A stretch of 63,747 nucleotides of DNA, counting the filler, from Octopus bimaculoides (taxonomy: Eukaryota): NCBI RefSeq assembly GCF_001194135.2. It is 6 parts of 6 records of this genome, joined end to end, with 100 filler letters (N's around TTAATTAATTAA, not from the genome) between each part and the next. Parts side by side here need not be neighbours in the genome. Positions count along the whole stretch, not along the records: positions 20,233 to 51,929 come from NC_068985.1; 5 more parts are not named here. The stretch is one strand, 5' to 3'. This document shows positions 26,049-39,618 of this stretch, piece after piece (the first letter of the stretch is position 1; the number at the start of each line of letters is the position of its first letter). Both the position numbers and the translations under genes were made by a program. The notes beneath the pieces were generated by a model. The model had not been told where the DNA came from. It saw nothing but the letters and a program-made list of their open reading frames with translations, and ran no database searches.

Positions 26049-26247
26049 ATTATTATTATTATTACTATTATTATTATTATTATTATTAGTAATATTAATA
26101 ATTAATTAATTAATTAATAAGATTATGAAAGACTTAGGTAGCTCCTCCAGAAGTTATACAGAAAAAAAAAATTAGAAGAGTGCCGAAATATCGTTCAACC
26201 AATTTCACATGATAGCTATGGCACTCTTCTATTTTTTATTTCTGTGT

Positions 26248-26282
<35 letters not shown>

Positions 26283-27411
26283 TATTGTTGTTGTTGTTGT
26301 TAATGGTATTATTTCCTCTATTATCCTCGCTGTTGTGATCGCTACTGTTGCTGCTGCTTTGTTTCTACTTCTGTTGTTGATCCTTTTGTTGCTGTTGATG
26401 TCGTTGTTGTTATTCTTACTGATGTTCGTGATGCTATTCTTTGCCGAATTTAAACTACGACCTCAGTCCGTTTTGAAAGCGATCGTAAAGTACTGCAGAA
26501 AACGTCCATCCTGCCCTAAGTGACGTGATTAAACTGACTGATGATGCAATTACCTCCCTTTGATCTCTTATACATCTCTGTATGCGCGTGATGTGTGCTT
26601 GCGCTCAAACAAATACAGAACTAACACATACACGCACACACACATGAACATACATGTATGTGTATGTGTGAGTGTTTGTGCGTGCCTGTGTGAAAGCGTG
26701 TGTGTTTGTGTGGGAGATAGAATATGGGTATTAGGTGCTTGCTTATGTTTCTGTATATAAATTCTGTAACAGCACAATAACAACATTTCAAATGATTACA
26801 CACACACTTACAAACACATGGGCAAGCAGACACACACACACAACTACACACATTCATGCTCAAACGTACTCACAGATACACGCGTGCACACTCATAAATG
26901 TATGCATGCGTAATTTCACCTTCGTACATGCTCATATACAGACTCACACAAATGCGAAGTTAAACAGTAAATCCTCAACACAGAATAAGAACTCATATGC
27001 ACATATACAAGCTGCAGGAGAAAAACTGCGATATTTTACGCGGCCATTGGTGTCATGTTCATGAAGTTATGCCGCAGATAATGGTGTCGTAATGTAGTCA
27101 AAGGTATATATAATTCTATCTTTAAAAGTTAAAGAAGTGATTTTAAATTCTGAAACGCAAGATAATGCTAATAATATAGCCTGAACAGGATAAGCTACCA
27201 CTATTTTGCAGAAAAAAAGTGTAGGTGGCTGGCTATAAGACGTGAACTCACACCTCCTTGATTATGCGTCGTGGTGCTTTGAACCATTAAGCTAAACCGC
27301 CCACACCACAAATTCTTACGCAAATTTAAGATATATAGAAATCTCGCTTTATGAGACGCTATCATACGTTAAATTCAAATTACGATGAACGTAAAGGAAC
27401 AAATCGACAGA

Positions 27412-27476
27412 CTACGCTGATGATCCTGCAGATATTTACTGATGTCAATTTTAACAGGTGAAACCATGGTACGTAG
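27412..27476 (+). ncRNA. Minimal type I hammerhead ribozyme motif
   Basis: CTACG-CTGATGA-T-CCTG-(26 nt)-CAGG-T-GAAA-C-CATG-G-TA-CGTAG. The core is complete, stem I is 5 bp, stem III is the palindrome ACCATGGT and the cleavage triplet is GUA. One U-U mismatch at the base of stem II. Confidence 0.75.
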
Positions 27477-27827
27477 GTTAACCGTTTTTTATTTAGTATT
27501 TTCTCATTTGTCTTGCCTTTTTACAGTCTGTTGTGTCACTAAATTTTTACTGAGAACATATTTTTCGTGGTTAGATGATTCGGCATCTATTTCTAGCATA
27601 TAGGAGTCCACTTTTACTGGCCATTCCTTTTATTTGTGTATGTAATATAATTTTAATCTTCAGAATGTTTTTAATATGCTAGACCACTGGTTTTAATTGA
27701 TTAATATCAATTTCTACCCTTATTAATAAATTTTATATATATATATATATATATNNNNNNNNNNNNNNNNNNNNNNNNNNNNNNNNNNNNNNNNNNNNNN
27801 NNNNNNNNNNNNNNNNNNNNNNNNNNN

Positions 27828-28165
27828 TATATCATTTCTTCGATGTAGAGAATATACCTCCAGCATTTCGCCAACGACTTGAACATTAGCTTCAAGGTTC
27901 ATCCAAAGTTGCGACCACGGCCCATACGTCCCCTGCTCAATTCAGGATCGCAACAGATAGGTATACTGCGACATAATTCTTTTCCTCAACAGGCCCTGCC
28001 CTGTTTAACATTGTGCAAAGCAGATCAAAGAGGAATAGGATCCCATCACCTTTAGACGGAGTCTGGACAGATTTCTTGAAAGAATACCAGATAAGCCACC
28101 TATACCTGGATACGACTCACTCAACAAGAACTCACTACTTGAATGGGCCATAAACAAAACTTAAC
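27828..28165 (+). mobile_element. 3' end fragment of a CR1/L2-type LINE
   Basis: RHNSF…PALFNI…TFRRSLDRFLERIPDKPPIPGYDSLNKNSLLEWA, resembling the C-terminus of CR1-group ORF2. Confidence 0.6.
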
Positions 28166-28303
28166 TTAGAAAGGATTTAGATAATCCTATCAGGTGGTGC
28201 TATTAGAAGACGCTCTAGGTGCCACGCAAAGGGAATGAACCCGATGAATGTGGTTGGTAAGCAAGCTACTTACCTCACAGCCACTCCTGCGCCTATATAC
28301 ATA

Positions 28304-28334
<31 letters not shown>

Positions 28335-29069
28335 ATACATCCACACATATACACACACAAGCATATATACACACACATGCACATATACACACACATACAC
28401 ACATATATGTATATATATGCATAGAATTTCTCTATGTAGAAATCTATTAATGGGCGTTTGTACGGATATGTGTCTGTCGGCGTATATGTTTATGTATGTG
28501 CGACTCCGTTTGTGTGAAAATCTTGCGTTACATGTATTTATTACCAAATATAAATGGTCGAGATTTTGTTGTTAGATTTTTTAGAGATTTCCATACAAAT
28601 ATACATGCGTGTATATAAATATATATATAGATATTACATATGCATATATATTGCTTCTTTTCTCCTTTAGATTTCGAAGACGTTTTTTTTCTTTTTTCCC
28701 CCGTTTTTATTGTCTATGCTTTGTTATTTCAGCTCTAATAAACACTTTATATCTCTCTAGTATCGTAGGTTTACAACAATAACTATCTCCGTGTACCCAC
28801 AATATATATAACACTATTTCGCTGTCTTCTTTCCACATCACTAAACCCAAAGCTCGTTTTCCTCCTAATTTTCCTGGTTCTTCTCATCATCGACACACAA
28901 TTCATTGCACGCCATTTGATGTGCACACGTCTGTGTGTGTATTCGTGCTTAAGTTCGTGCGGGTATAGCTGTATGTTTTGTACACATTTATATGTATGTA
29001 TATATACACAAATATATATATTTGTGTGTGAGTGTGTATGTGTACTAATATGTATGCATATGTATATGC

Positions 29070-29103
<34 letters not shown>

Positions 29104-29359
29104 CTGTGTGCGTGTCTGTGTTTAAGTATATGCAGCTACACCGCACATACACAAGTACTTGGAAGCGCGACATCGATATATACGTCTATATGTGTGACAT
29201 TATATACGTACGCAATTTCTTGAAATACATAAAGATGTATTTTTGTGGAACAGTTAACGGAAGTGCTCAATATATTCTTATATGGAACATCAAATTTTGG
29301 GACATAATGTAAACAAGAAACTATTCAAGAACGATTCACACTTCTGTGCACAGACATCA

Positions 29360-29393
<34 letters not shown>

Positions 29394-30399
29394 ACACACA
29401 TGAATGCGCACGCATACTCACTCATATGCATATATACATATGCAAATGTATATATCGATATATATGTGAATACGAATGAATACATCAGGGCGGCGATCTG
29501 GCAGGATCGTTATAGCGCCGTGAATAAATGTTTGAAGCATTGCATTTGTGTTCACGTTCTGGGACCAATTCCCGCTTTGGTTTCAACATTTCGCAGTAGG
29601 TAGAATAAATTCAAGTTCAGCACTAGTNNNNNNNNNNNNNNNNNNNNNNNNNNNNNNNNNNNNNNNNNNNNNNNNNNNNNNNNNNNNNNNNNNNNNNNNN
29701 NNNNNNNNNNNNNNNNNNNNNNNNNNNNNNNNNNNNNNNNNNNNNNNNNNNNNNNNNNNNNNNNNNNNNNNNNNNNNNNNNNNNNNNNNNNNNNNNNNNN
29801 NNNNNNNNNNNNNNNNNNNNNNNNNNNNNNNNNNNNNNNNNNNNNNNNNNNNNNNNNNNNNNNNNNNNNNNNNNNNNNNNNNNNNNNNNNNNNNNNNNNN
29901 NNNNNNNNNNNNNNNNNNNNNNNNNNNNNNNNNNNNNNNNNNNNNNNNNNNNNNNNNNNNNNNNNNNNNNNNNNNNNNNNNNNNNNNNNNNNNNNNNNNN
30001 NNNNNNNNNNNNNNNNNNNNNNNNNNNNNNNNNNNNNNNNNNNNNNNNNNNNNNNNNNNNNNNNNNNNNNNNNNNNNNNNNNNNNNNNNNNNNNNNNNNN
30101 NNNNNNNNNNNNNNNNNNNNNNNNNNNNNNNNNNNNNNNNNNNNNNNNNNNNNNNNNNNNNNNNNNNNNNNNNNNNNNNNNNNNNNNNNNNNNNNNNTAT
30201 ATATAAAATCAGTAAAAAAAGACGAAGAAAAAACAAAAGAAAAATCAACAAAGCCAGGACGTGGTACATGCAAAGTATTAAAAGACGCTCAGGAAAGGAA
30301 AGAAATATTGTTTCACGTTTGGAAAGAAGCAAAACTCTTCTTCAGAAAGAGGAGACATGAGAAAATCCAGGAGAAAAGAAAGACAGACGTAAAAATTTG

Positions 30400-30760
30400 C
30401 CAACAATTCACATGTCGATTATTTACATTATTAACATTTCACAGATAATTGTCATCTTGTTTGTTGTTAGCACAATTTTTCGGCTGATATACCCTCCAGC
30501 CCTCATCAGGTGTCTTGGTGAAATTTCGAAGCTGGGTTCTCATTCCTAAGGTATTTTTCGATGTTGTTATTATTATTATTATTATTATTGTTATTTTTAT
30601 TCAGGTTACTGGCTGGAATCGAGCTCGAAATCTTGGGGTTAGTAGCTCGCGCTCTTAACCACTACGCCATATGCCAGAAACGTTGTGTTAAAAACAAACA
30701 AGATGAGGACAAATATCTGTCAAATGTAAATTATGTAAATAATCTACATGAATCCACATG
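30400..30760 (-). mobile_element. Composite SINE-like element: tRNA head + (AAT)n + Penelope-type tail with hammerhead, flanked by an inverted duplication
   Basis: Minus strand begins GGCATATGGCGTAGTGGTTAAGAGCGCG… (A box) …GAGCTCGATTCC (B-box-like). The arms 30410-30481 and 30676-30755 are inverted repeats. Confidence 0.7.
30469..30514 (-). ncRNA. Hammerhead motif (stem III mutated) inside a tRNA-headed element
   Basis: Minus strand GACAC-CTGATGA-G-GGCTG-gagggtatat-CAGCC-GAAA-AATT-GTGCT. The inverted copy at 30677-30689 keeps GAAACGTT-GTGTT. Confidence 0.7.
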
Positions 30761-31160
30761 TAGTTACATTTTAAAAATATACATAAGCGGAGTGTCTATG
30801 TTCTTTGTCTATATCCTTAACTTTTAGGAGATTTTAGGTATAATTATATTAATGCATCCATCTGTTTTAATTTAATTAAATTCTATGTCTTTTGCGCAGC
30901 TGATTACAATGTTAAATTAAATGGAGTTGTATGAAACGATCGTACTGCATTACCTCTGGATATCTTTGTTGCTTATTTTGATTTTAATCACCATACTTTG
31001 AAATTGTATGGATAATACCGTACTAAATTCTGGTGCCTCAACTTAAATACCATATTCATCTGAATCTAACTTTTTTCTGGAACTCATCCACCATATATAT
31101 ATACACACACACACANNNNNNNNNNNNNNNNNNNNNNNNNNNNNNNNNNNNNNNNNNNNN

Positions 31161-31250
<90 letters not shown>

Positions 31251-31686
31251 TGATAGATAGATAGATATAGATACACACACACACACACACCCATATATAT
31301 ATACACACACACACAAACATATATACATACGTATAAGTGTGTGTGGGCGTGTGTGTGTGTATGTGTGTGTGCGCGGGTGTGTGTTAGAAGCAACTCGAGG
31401 TATGTAAACATAGTCGAACACACATACACGATGTTTGTTGCTGTTAGTTTGTGGGTGGACTACGTTTTTTAGGCGTAAATGAATACAATCTCAATGCCTT
31501 TGATGTAAAAACACCCGAAAGCAGCTCATAGCCAAGTGAGACAACTCACATCAGATCCATTTTTTTTCCGAGCGACACCAAAAGCATTGAAGTAATTTTC
31601 TCTTAAGCCTAAAATACGCAGCCGCCCGACAAACTAACAACACACACACCTCGTTTATGTGTATTCGACTTTGTTCATACGCGCGC

Positions 31687-31718
<32 letters not shown>

Positions 31719-32224
31719 AATACATCTTAGTTTATGAATGCATAATCATGAAATATATTCTGATAGAAAAGCGTAGCATAAAAGAGGTTATGTTTTCAGG
31801 ATTTGAGCACTAGCATGTGTAACGACTGCCGTTAGTGCCCAATCATGCATAAGACATAATTATATATACATAAATTGATATATAATATTGGTTTAAATGT
31901 TGGCAAAAGGCCTGCAATTTCCGGGGAAGAGATATGTCGATGACATCGAATGCAGTATTCAAATTATACTTATCTTGTCGACCACAACAGAATAAGTCGG
32001 CCTCGACAGAATTTGAATTTGAACTCAGAATGAAAGAAATTCCTCTAAGTGTTTCATCAGGAATGCTAACAGTTCAGCCAGCTTGTCCAGTTAATATGAC
32101 TTACAATATTATTAAATAATAGGAATATGTTTGATGCTTTCGTAAAGAAATCAGATCTTCATACAGAATTTCTGTCTCTGTTACTACCAGTACTAATTTT
32201 AATACCAAGTGCTCATAACTGTAC

Positions 32225-32293
32225 CTGTTGATGTCGCACGGGGCAAATCTAAATTTCTGTAGATTTAGGTTTACCTCGTAAACTACTGCCATC
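32225..32293 (-). CDS. Candidate 69-nt exon of an unidentified gene
   Basis: Minus-strand ttttttcag|…|gtacag. Only one frame is open: MAVVYEVNLNLQKFRFAPCDIN. No homology recognised. Confidence 0.35.
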
Positions 32294-32766
32294 CTGAAAA
32301 AAATATATACAGCCTTTCGACTTTTATGGTGCATTTTTCTAGCCTTATTTCCACTTTTCTCTAAATTAGCTGACCCTTATAATTAGGCTTGATGTATTCA
32401 TTTATTTCAATGTAAAATGCAGTGTTGCATGTTACTTTCTTCACAGCATGTTTTTCGCAAAAGAAGCAGCAGAAACAGCAGCATGAGTAACAATTAAGCA
32501 ATATTAATTAATACACTTCAAGTGCAGCATAATTCATTACCGCTATCAGATTTGTGACTTAACCACCAACACATATTTAAAATATAAAAGAAATAATGAA
32601 AACCACAAAATTAGCACATATTCTCAAGCCACAAACACCTACACAAATATGGATTTATTAAAAAATGAGGGGGCTACATTGGTTTCGACGATGCGCGGTC
32701 CGTTATGTATTTATCTCAACGGCGTTCGATTTAAGATTTTACTGTTAAAATTCGTGTGCATTAAAC

Positions 32767-34030
32767 TATTAGGCCGTTTCGAAAATGATAGCCGCGCTAA
32801 GTGTGTTTTGAAACGCAATTTTATCATAGTATTAGGTGAATTTGGACATTCTTAATAATTGACCTATGCTCTTTAATAATTTTCGACTTATTTCAGACAG
32901 AAAACATCCTTGAAGTATAGGTGCCAGTAAATATAAACATGACAAAAAAGGACTTTCACTTTTCTTGCATGAGTTCAAGCTTGAGCACAATGCCGCCCAA
33001 ACTGCTGCCAATATCAACAGAGCATGGGGAGAGGGATCCACAAGTGATCACACAGTACGAAGTTGGTTTCAGAAATTCTGAAATGTTGATGAGTTCCTTG
33101 AAGATGAAAAAGGTAGAATACGGTCAGGTATTCTTGACAATTAAAAATTGAAAGCAATTGTTGAACAAAATCCACGTCAAAGTGCTAGAGAAATGTCTCA
33201 GGCACTTGGTGTCGGTATTCCAAATCTCTCACGCAATCTGAAGAAGATTGGAAAGGTGAAAAAGCTCGATATATGGGTACCGCATGTGCTGAATGAAAAT
33301 GAAAAAGTTCGACACTTTGAAGTGTGGCTGATCCTCTTTCTACGAGACACCAATGATCCGTTTCTTGACCGAATATTCACTTGTGACAGAAAGTGGATTC
33401 TTTATGATACCCGTAAACGATCAGGTCAATGGCCTGATCGTGATGAGTCCCCCAAACATTTCCCAAAACCAAATTTGCATCAGCAAAAGATTATGGTGAT
33501 TGTCTGGTGGTATGCAATTGCTGTTGTCCATTACAGTTTTCTGGAAGCAAATCAGAGCATTACAGCAGAGGATTACTGCAATCAACTCGCTGAAATGCAC
33601 GCTCACTTGCAAAAATGAGACCTGCGTTGGTCAATCGGTGTGGCCCAAATCTGCTCCACGATAATGCAAAGCTACATGTTGCAATAATAAAGCTGCAGAA
33701 ACTCACGGACTTTGGATTGCGTGACTTTACCACATCCTCCATATTCTCCTGATATTTCACCCAGTGACTACCATTTTAAACCATTTAAACACGTTTTCAA
33801 GTGATACAATTTTCAGGTCGAAGCCAGAGGTGTAATCAGCTTTCAAAGATTTCTTAGCATCAAGGCCAATGAGATTTTATCAAGGAGGCATAAATAACCT
33901 CGTTGATCGATGGCAGAGATGCATAGATGTTCACGGCTCATACTTTGACTAATCCAAACATTTCTATTGTTAATTTCCCCAGAATAAATTTGTTTCTGAA
34001 ATCGGCCATTATTTTCGGAGCAACCTAATA
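32767..34030 (+). mobile_element. Full-length but inactivated mariner (DD34D) transposon
   Basis: About 1.26 kb, TA at both ends, imperfect ~28-bp TIRs (TATTAGGCCGTTTCGAAAATGATAGCCG / reverse complement TATTAGGTTGCTCCGAAAATAATGGCCG). Transposase motifs HEFKLEHNAAQTAANIN, TCDRKWILYD, HDNA and YSPDISPSDYHF are broken by stops and frameshifts. Confidence 0.93.
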
Positions 34031-35507
34031 TTTATGCTTCTGCAATGAACAAAATATTTTAACAATTTTTTTTGAAAAATTTGCTCAATATTATTTAATT
34101 ATTAAAATATAGGATTTTTTTAAAACATTGAATGGCTATGGAGGTTCTACACATAAATTAGGAATCCAAGGGATCCAAGGGATTCGCACTTAAAATGTTA
34201 CACTCTGATGCATAAGTCCGGGCAAGGTTTTTATGGAAAAGCAGCAGTCGACCATGCTTACCAGCCTCCCCCTCTCCGCACTACTGATGTTATCCAAACG
34301 CCGATACAGCTTGGCACCAGAGACGTTGCTAGTCATTCTATAGTCACGTTGTGCATTTCCGTAGTTCTCACACTGAAGCAATTTGACCCGAAGTCTGGCT
34401 GGTTGAATAACATCATTCATTTGTCTTTTACATGTTTCAGTGATTATGCAACGTATATGATGGAATACTGCATAGAATGGCTCTAGTAGAACAAATCGAA
34501 CCTAATATTCCTTTCTTTCTTTTTTGTTTCCTTCTTTTTTCTTTCCTTCTTTTTTTCGTTCTTTTTCTTTAAACCTTGATCAGTTTTGCCGTGCACTAGT
34601 GTTACAGGAACATAAACAAACCGACAGTGGCTTTCAGGCTGTGACACACACGTGTGTATATACACGTGCACACACATACTCACACACACACACACGCACA
34701 TTCACATACACACACGCGCGTATTCTCACATATATTGTCATAGGAATTTTATAAACTATCAAAATAGGATGAAAAAATTCCCCCTTCGAACATTGATTCT
34801 CGAAGGAAATCACAAACCTATAAATAATTGCTTGGAAATATTGATATGAGAAACCTTTTTTTCTATCCATGCTATCATTTATAGATTTATCTGGTGTGCT
34901 TCGCGATCCAATGTTCGAATGTGAATANNNNNNNNNNNNNNNNNNNNNNNNNNNNNNNNNNNNNNNNNNNNNNNNNNNNNNNNNNNNNNNNNNNNNNNNN
35001 NNNNNNNNNNNNNNNNNNNNNNNNNNNNNNNNNNNNNNNNNNNNNNNNNNNNNNNNNNNNNNNNNNNNNNNNNNNNNNNNNNNNNNNNNNNNNNNNNNNN
35101 NNNNNNNNNNNNNNNNNNNNNNNNNNNNNNNNNNNNNNNNNNNNNNNNNNNNNNNNNNNNNNNNNNNNNNNNNNNNNNNNNNNNNNNNNNNNNNNNNNNN
35201 NNNNNNNNNNNNNNNNNNNNNNNNNNNNNNNNNNNNNNNNNNNNNNNNNNNNNNNNNNNNNNNNNNNNNNNNNNNNNNNNNNNNNNNNNNNNNNNNNNNN
35301 NNNNNNNNNNNNNNNNNNNNNNNNNNNNNNNNNNNNNNNNNNNNNNNNNNNNNNNNNNNNNNNNNNNNNNNNNNNNNNNNNNNNNNNNNNNNNNNNNNNN
35401 NNNNNNNNNNNNNNNNNNNNNNNNNNNNNNNNNNNNNNNNNNNNNNNNNNNNNNNNNNNNNNNNNNNNNNNNNNNNNNNNNNNNNNNNNNNNNNNNNNNN
35501 NNNNNNN

Positions 35508-35544
<37 letters not shown>

Positions 35545-36238
35545 GTATATATCCTACGGGTTTCTATGGATTTTCCGTCTCCTAGATTCACTCACAAATG
35601 ATTTGTCGGTCAGAGGCTATACTAGAAGACACATGCTCAAGATAACGTGCAGTGGGACTGAAATCGATTCATCGTGGTCCTAAATCGATTTTCTTCACTA
35701 CGAGCATCCACAAAGAGAAAGATTCGAACTCAGCGCCCAGAGAGCTGGAATAAATTACTTCATTGCGTTCTATTTGATGCTCTTGCCGACTCTGACAAAT
35801 ATCCACCTTACTCCTGAAATACTATCACTCTAAAACTAACAGCGTATTACACCGCTACCATTAAAAGCCATCGCCGCCTTTTACACCCTTAACGTATCTC
35901 CCACTCACCGCTATATAAAATTTTTTTTAAATACTTTCCCCTCTCACCTACTACTGTATATTAAAGCTCACAACACTATGTTTTCTTTTCTGCTTTTTTT
36001 TTTCTATTTATTTGTACATCAAGTGGTAATTTAAAATATTCAGAAATTCGGTGAATATTTTCTCCTGTTTACTGCCCTTTTTTTTTTAACCAACATCATA
36101 GAATGTTAATGATGAGTGCATACATAAATGTGATAGCGTGTGGAATTTTTATTATTTTTCTTTTTTTACATTATCCATATATGTGTATCTGTTTAAGCTT
36201 CTATATGCACATGTGTGGATATCAGTATATCTCTCTGC

Positions 36239-36298
<60 letters not shown>

Positions 36299-36327
36299 AT
36301 ATATATATATATATATATATATGTCTG

Positions 36328-36363
<36 letters not shown>

Positions 36364-37176
36364 CGAATATGCATATGCATATATAATGGATATATGTATA
36401 TTATATATATGTATATATATATNNNNNNNNNNNNNNNNNNNNNNNNNNNNNNNNNNNNNNNNNNNNNNNNNNNNNNNNNNNNNNNNNNNNNNNNNNNNNN
36501 NNNNNNNNNNNNNNNNNNNNNNNNNNNNNNNNNNNNNNNNNNNNNNNNNNNNNNNNNNNNNNNNNNNNNNNNNNNNNNNNNNNNNNNNNNNNNNNNNNNN
36601 NNNNNNNNNNNNNNNNNNNNNNNNNNNNNNNNNNNNNNNNNNNNNNNNNNNNNNNNNNNNNNNNNNNNNNNNNNNNNNNNNNNNNNNNNNNNNNNNNNNN
36701 NNNNNNNNNNNNNNNNNNNNNNNNNNNNNNNNNNNNNNNNNNNNNNNNNNNNNNNNNNNNNNNNNNNNNNNNNNNNNNNNNNNNNNNNNNNNNNNNNNNN
36801 NNNNNNNNNNNNNNNNNNNNNNNNNNNNNNNNNNNNNNNNNNNNNNNNNNNNNNNNNNNNNNNNNNNNNNNNNNNNNNNNNNNNNNNNNNNNNNNNNNNN
36901 NNNNNNNNNNNNNNNNNNNNNNNNNNNNNNNNNNNNNNNNNNNNNNNNNNNNNNNNNNNNNNNNNNNNNNNNNNNNNNNNNNNNNNNNNNNNNNNNNNNN
37001 NNNNNNNNNNNNNNNNNNNNNNNNNNNNNNNNNNNNNNNNNNNNNNNNNNNNNNNNNNNNNNNNNNNNNNNNNNNNNNNNNNNNNNNNNNNNNNNNNNNN
37101 NNNNNNNNNNNNNNNNNNNNNNNNNNNNNNNNNNNNNNNNNNNNNNNNNNNNNNNNNNNNNNNNNNNNNNNNNNNN

Positions 37177-37215
<39 letters not shown>

Positions 37216-38198
37216 CACTCCTCATGTTTTTCTATATTTCCCTTCTCCAAATCTGCCCCTCTCCCTTTCTCTCTCAATCAATATCTGTCACTCTCTCTCT
37301 TTATCTGTCGGTTTCTTCTCTCTCTCTCGCTCTCTCTATCTTTATGTCATTCTTACCTTCTTCCTTCCTCAAAATTTTTATTCTTATCCTCTCTCTCCTC
37401 TCTCTGTCTGTCTCTCTCTCTCTCTCTCTCTCCATTATTTTCTCTTCCTCTTTCACCCACTCTCCCCCCTCCCTCTTTTTCTCTCTCTTTCCCTCATGCA
37501 CATCTATTTCCAGATATACTAAAATATTTCACTATTTCACTCTCAATTTCTCCCTTTCATATTCCATTTCTTCCAGTCACGTAAAATCTCTCTTTTTAAA
37601 TCCCTATCTTGTTCCCCTCCCTTTCTCTTTGATTGTCTCATGTCTCCCCAGTCAATTTATCTTTCTTCTGAAACTATCTCTCTGCATGTCCCTTATATAT
37701 ATATATATATATATNNNNNNNNNNNNNNNNNNNNNNNNNNNNNNNNNNNNNNNNNNNNNNNNNNNNNNNNNNNNNNNNNNNNNNNNNNNNNNNNNNNNNN
37801 NNNNNNNNNNNNNNNNNNNNNNNNNNNNNNNNNNNNNNNNNNNNNNNNNNNNNNNNNNNNNNATATATTTTTTTTTTTATTTTTTTTTTTTTTCCAAGCT
37901 TAACTACAGTTATTCCCTTTACTTCTGAACCACTATCTCTACCTTCTTTCTATTTATATAAATTTCTAAATCTCTGTTTATCTTCCTCTTTCTCTCTGCA
38001 TTCCGACCACTTCAAAACCATTTCACCACTTATCCCCAACCTGACCCGGTCTTCCCCAAAAACATTTCCTCCTCTACATCTGTTTCTTTTTTTAACTGAT
38101 TATGATTATTGTTGCTGCTGTTGTTGTTGTTATTATTATTACTATTATTATTATTATTATTATTATTGTTGTTGTTCTTGTTGTTGTTGTTGTTGTTG

Positions 38199-38244
<46 letters not shown>

Positions 38245-39196
38245 TATTAGCATTATTATCTTTATTTATCGTCAACTGCTTTCTCACACGTATCACCACA
38301 TCTCTTCATTTTTCTGTGTATCTTTTTCGATTCCTTCCAGCCGGCTTAATTTTCTGTACCTCTCTCCCTCTCTCTCTCTATCTCTCCCACTCTCTCTCTA
38401 TCTCCCCCTCTCTCTCTCTCTCTGTCTCTCCCTCTCTCTATCTTTCTCTCTCCTCTCTTTCTTTTTTTCCCTTCTCTCACTTTACATATTAATTCATCTA
38501 ACGTCAGCACATGAAAGAAACGAATGCAGACATCAATGACGAACCGATCGTTATAATCTTTTTTATTCTTAATTTTTAAATTGCATGAGCGGAAGCTATT
38601 CTCCCACAATAACTTGACTTCATGCACTCGTTCACACAAAATGTCAATTCACTGCCACAAATCTTCAGGGAACTCTGCTGATTCAGGAAGACATTCAAAA
38701 GGGCATTTTGATAGCCAATACTATCACAGTCATTAAACTTACCTAACTGAATCGATTAACGTTAAAATGTTAAATTTTAAACCTTCATCTTCTATAGTCA
38801 TATGCATTTAAATAAGGAAACCACAAGAAGAAGCCGCTTCTATAGATTCTTATTATGTAGTGAAATAGAAGGTTATGGCATTCACTGTAAAGGGATTTTT
38901 CAAGAAGTCGATATTGTTGTTTAGTATTAATTCAGCTTTGGGTAAGAATGACTATGATGACAAGTATTTTCAACGTGTGAATTTCGTTTTTGTATTTAGA
39001 CTTAGAGTATCATTTCTGGAGGCGTATGACTTAGTGGTTAGGGTGTTGCACTTACAATCTGGAGAACTGACCGGGCAGTGCATTGTATTCTTGATCACCA
39101 CACTTCATTTTACGTTGTTTCAATTCTATTCAACATTGAAACGCGGTAACCGGCACTGTAAGTCGAATGACTCAAATAATGACCAGGGGGTTGACA

Positions 39197-39237
<41 letters not shown>

Positions 39238-39321
39238 TGATGAAGATAATGTGTAATTTCCAAAGGATTCTTTATTATATTCAGATATACATTGGGAAGA
39301 TTTTGGTTATTTTTCCAGCAG

Positions 39322-39618
39322 ATTTATTTGTTGGCTCAGCACTAACAGCCAGCCTCGTTTCTGGAACTTTGTGTTCGAGGTATAAGTTTACTGATGGCAT
39401 GCACTAATACTTTTCAAAACATTACATAATATTTTTAATACTGTTTTTGAACCGAGATATTAACAATAAATTTGGATTTCTAACATTAACATCGAGCCAA
39501 AATATTTCACTGGCAAAATATTATCGATTTAATCGACATCGATTCATGATCGTTGCAAAATGTTATTGCTTTCAGGGAGATGAAAGACAATTCTGAAGAG
39601 GGACAACAATATATAGTG
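39322..39618 (+). CDS. Candidate exon pair (39319/39322-39379 and 39576-39618) of an unidentified gene
   Basis: ttttccagcag|…cgag|gtataa and gctttcag|…gtg|gtaaag. The joined open frame is DLFVGSALTASLVSGTLCSR-EMKDNSEEGQQYIV; the alternative is FICWLSTNSQPRFWNFVFE-GDERQF*. No homology recognised. Confidence 0.3.

Noticed and set aside
30610-30675. tRNA gene calls for this and other A/B-box heads (27220-27305, 12383, 54770-54852)
   Set aside because: No complete cloverleaf or acceptor stem, and each head runs into a SINE body.
33148-33618. 156-aa mariner ORF as an active transposase or SETMAR-like gene
   Set aside because: There are in-frame stops upstream and at 33616, frameshifts before the third Asp, and no SET domain.
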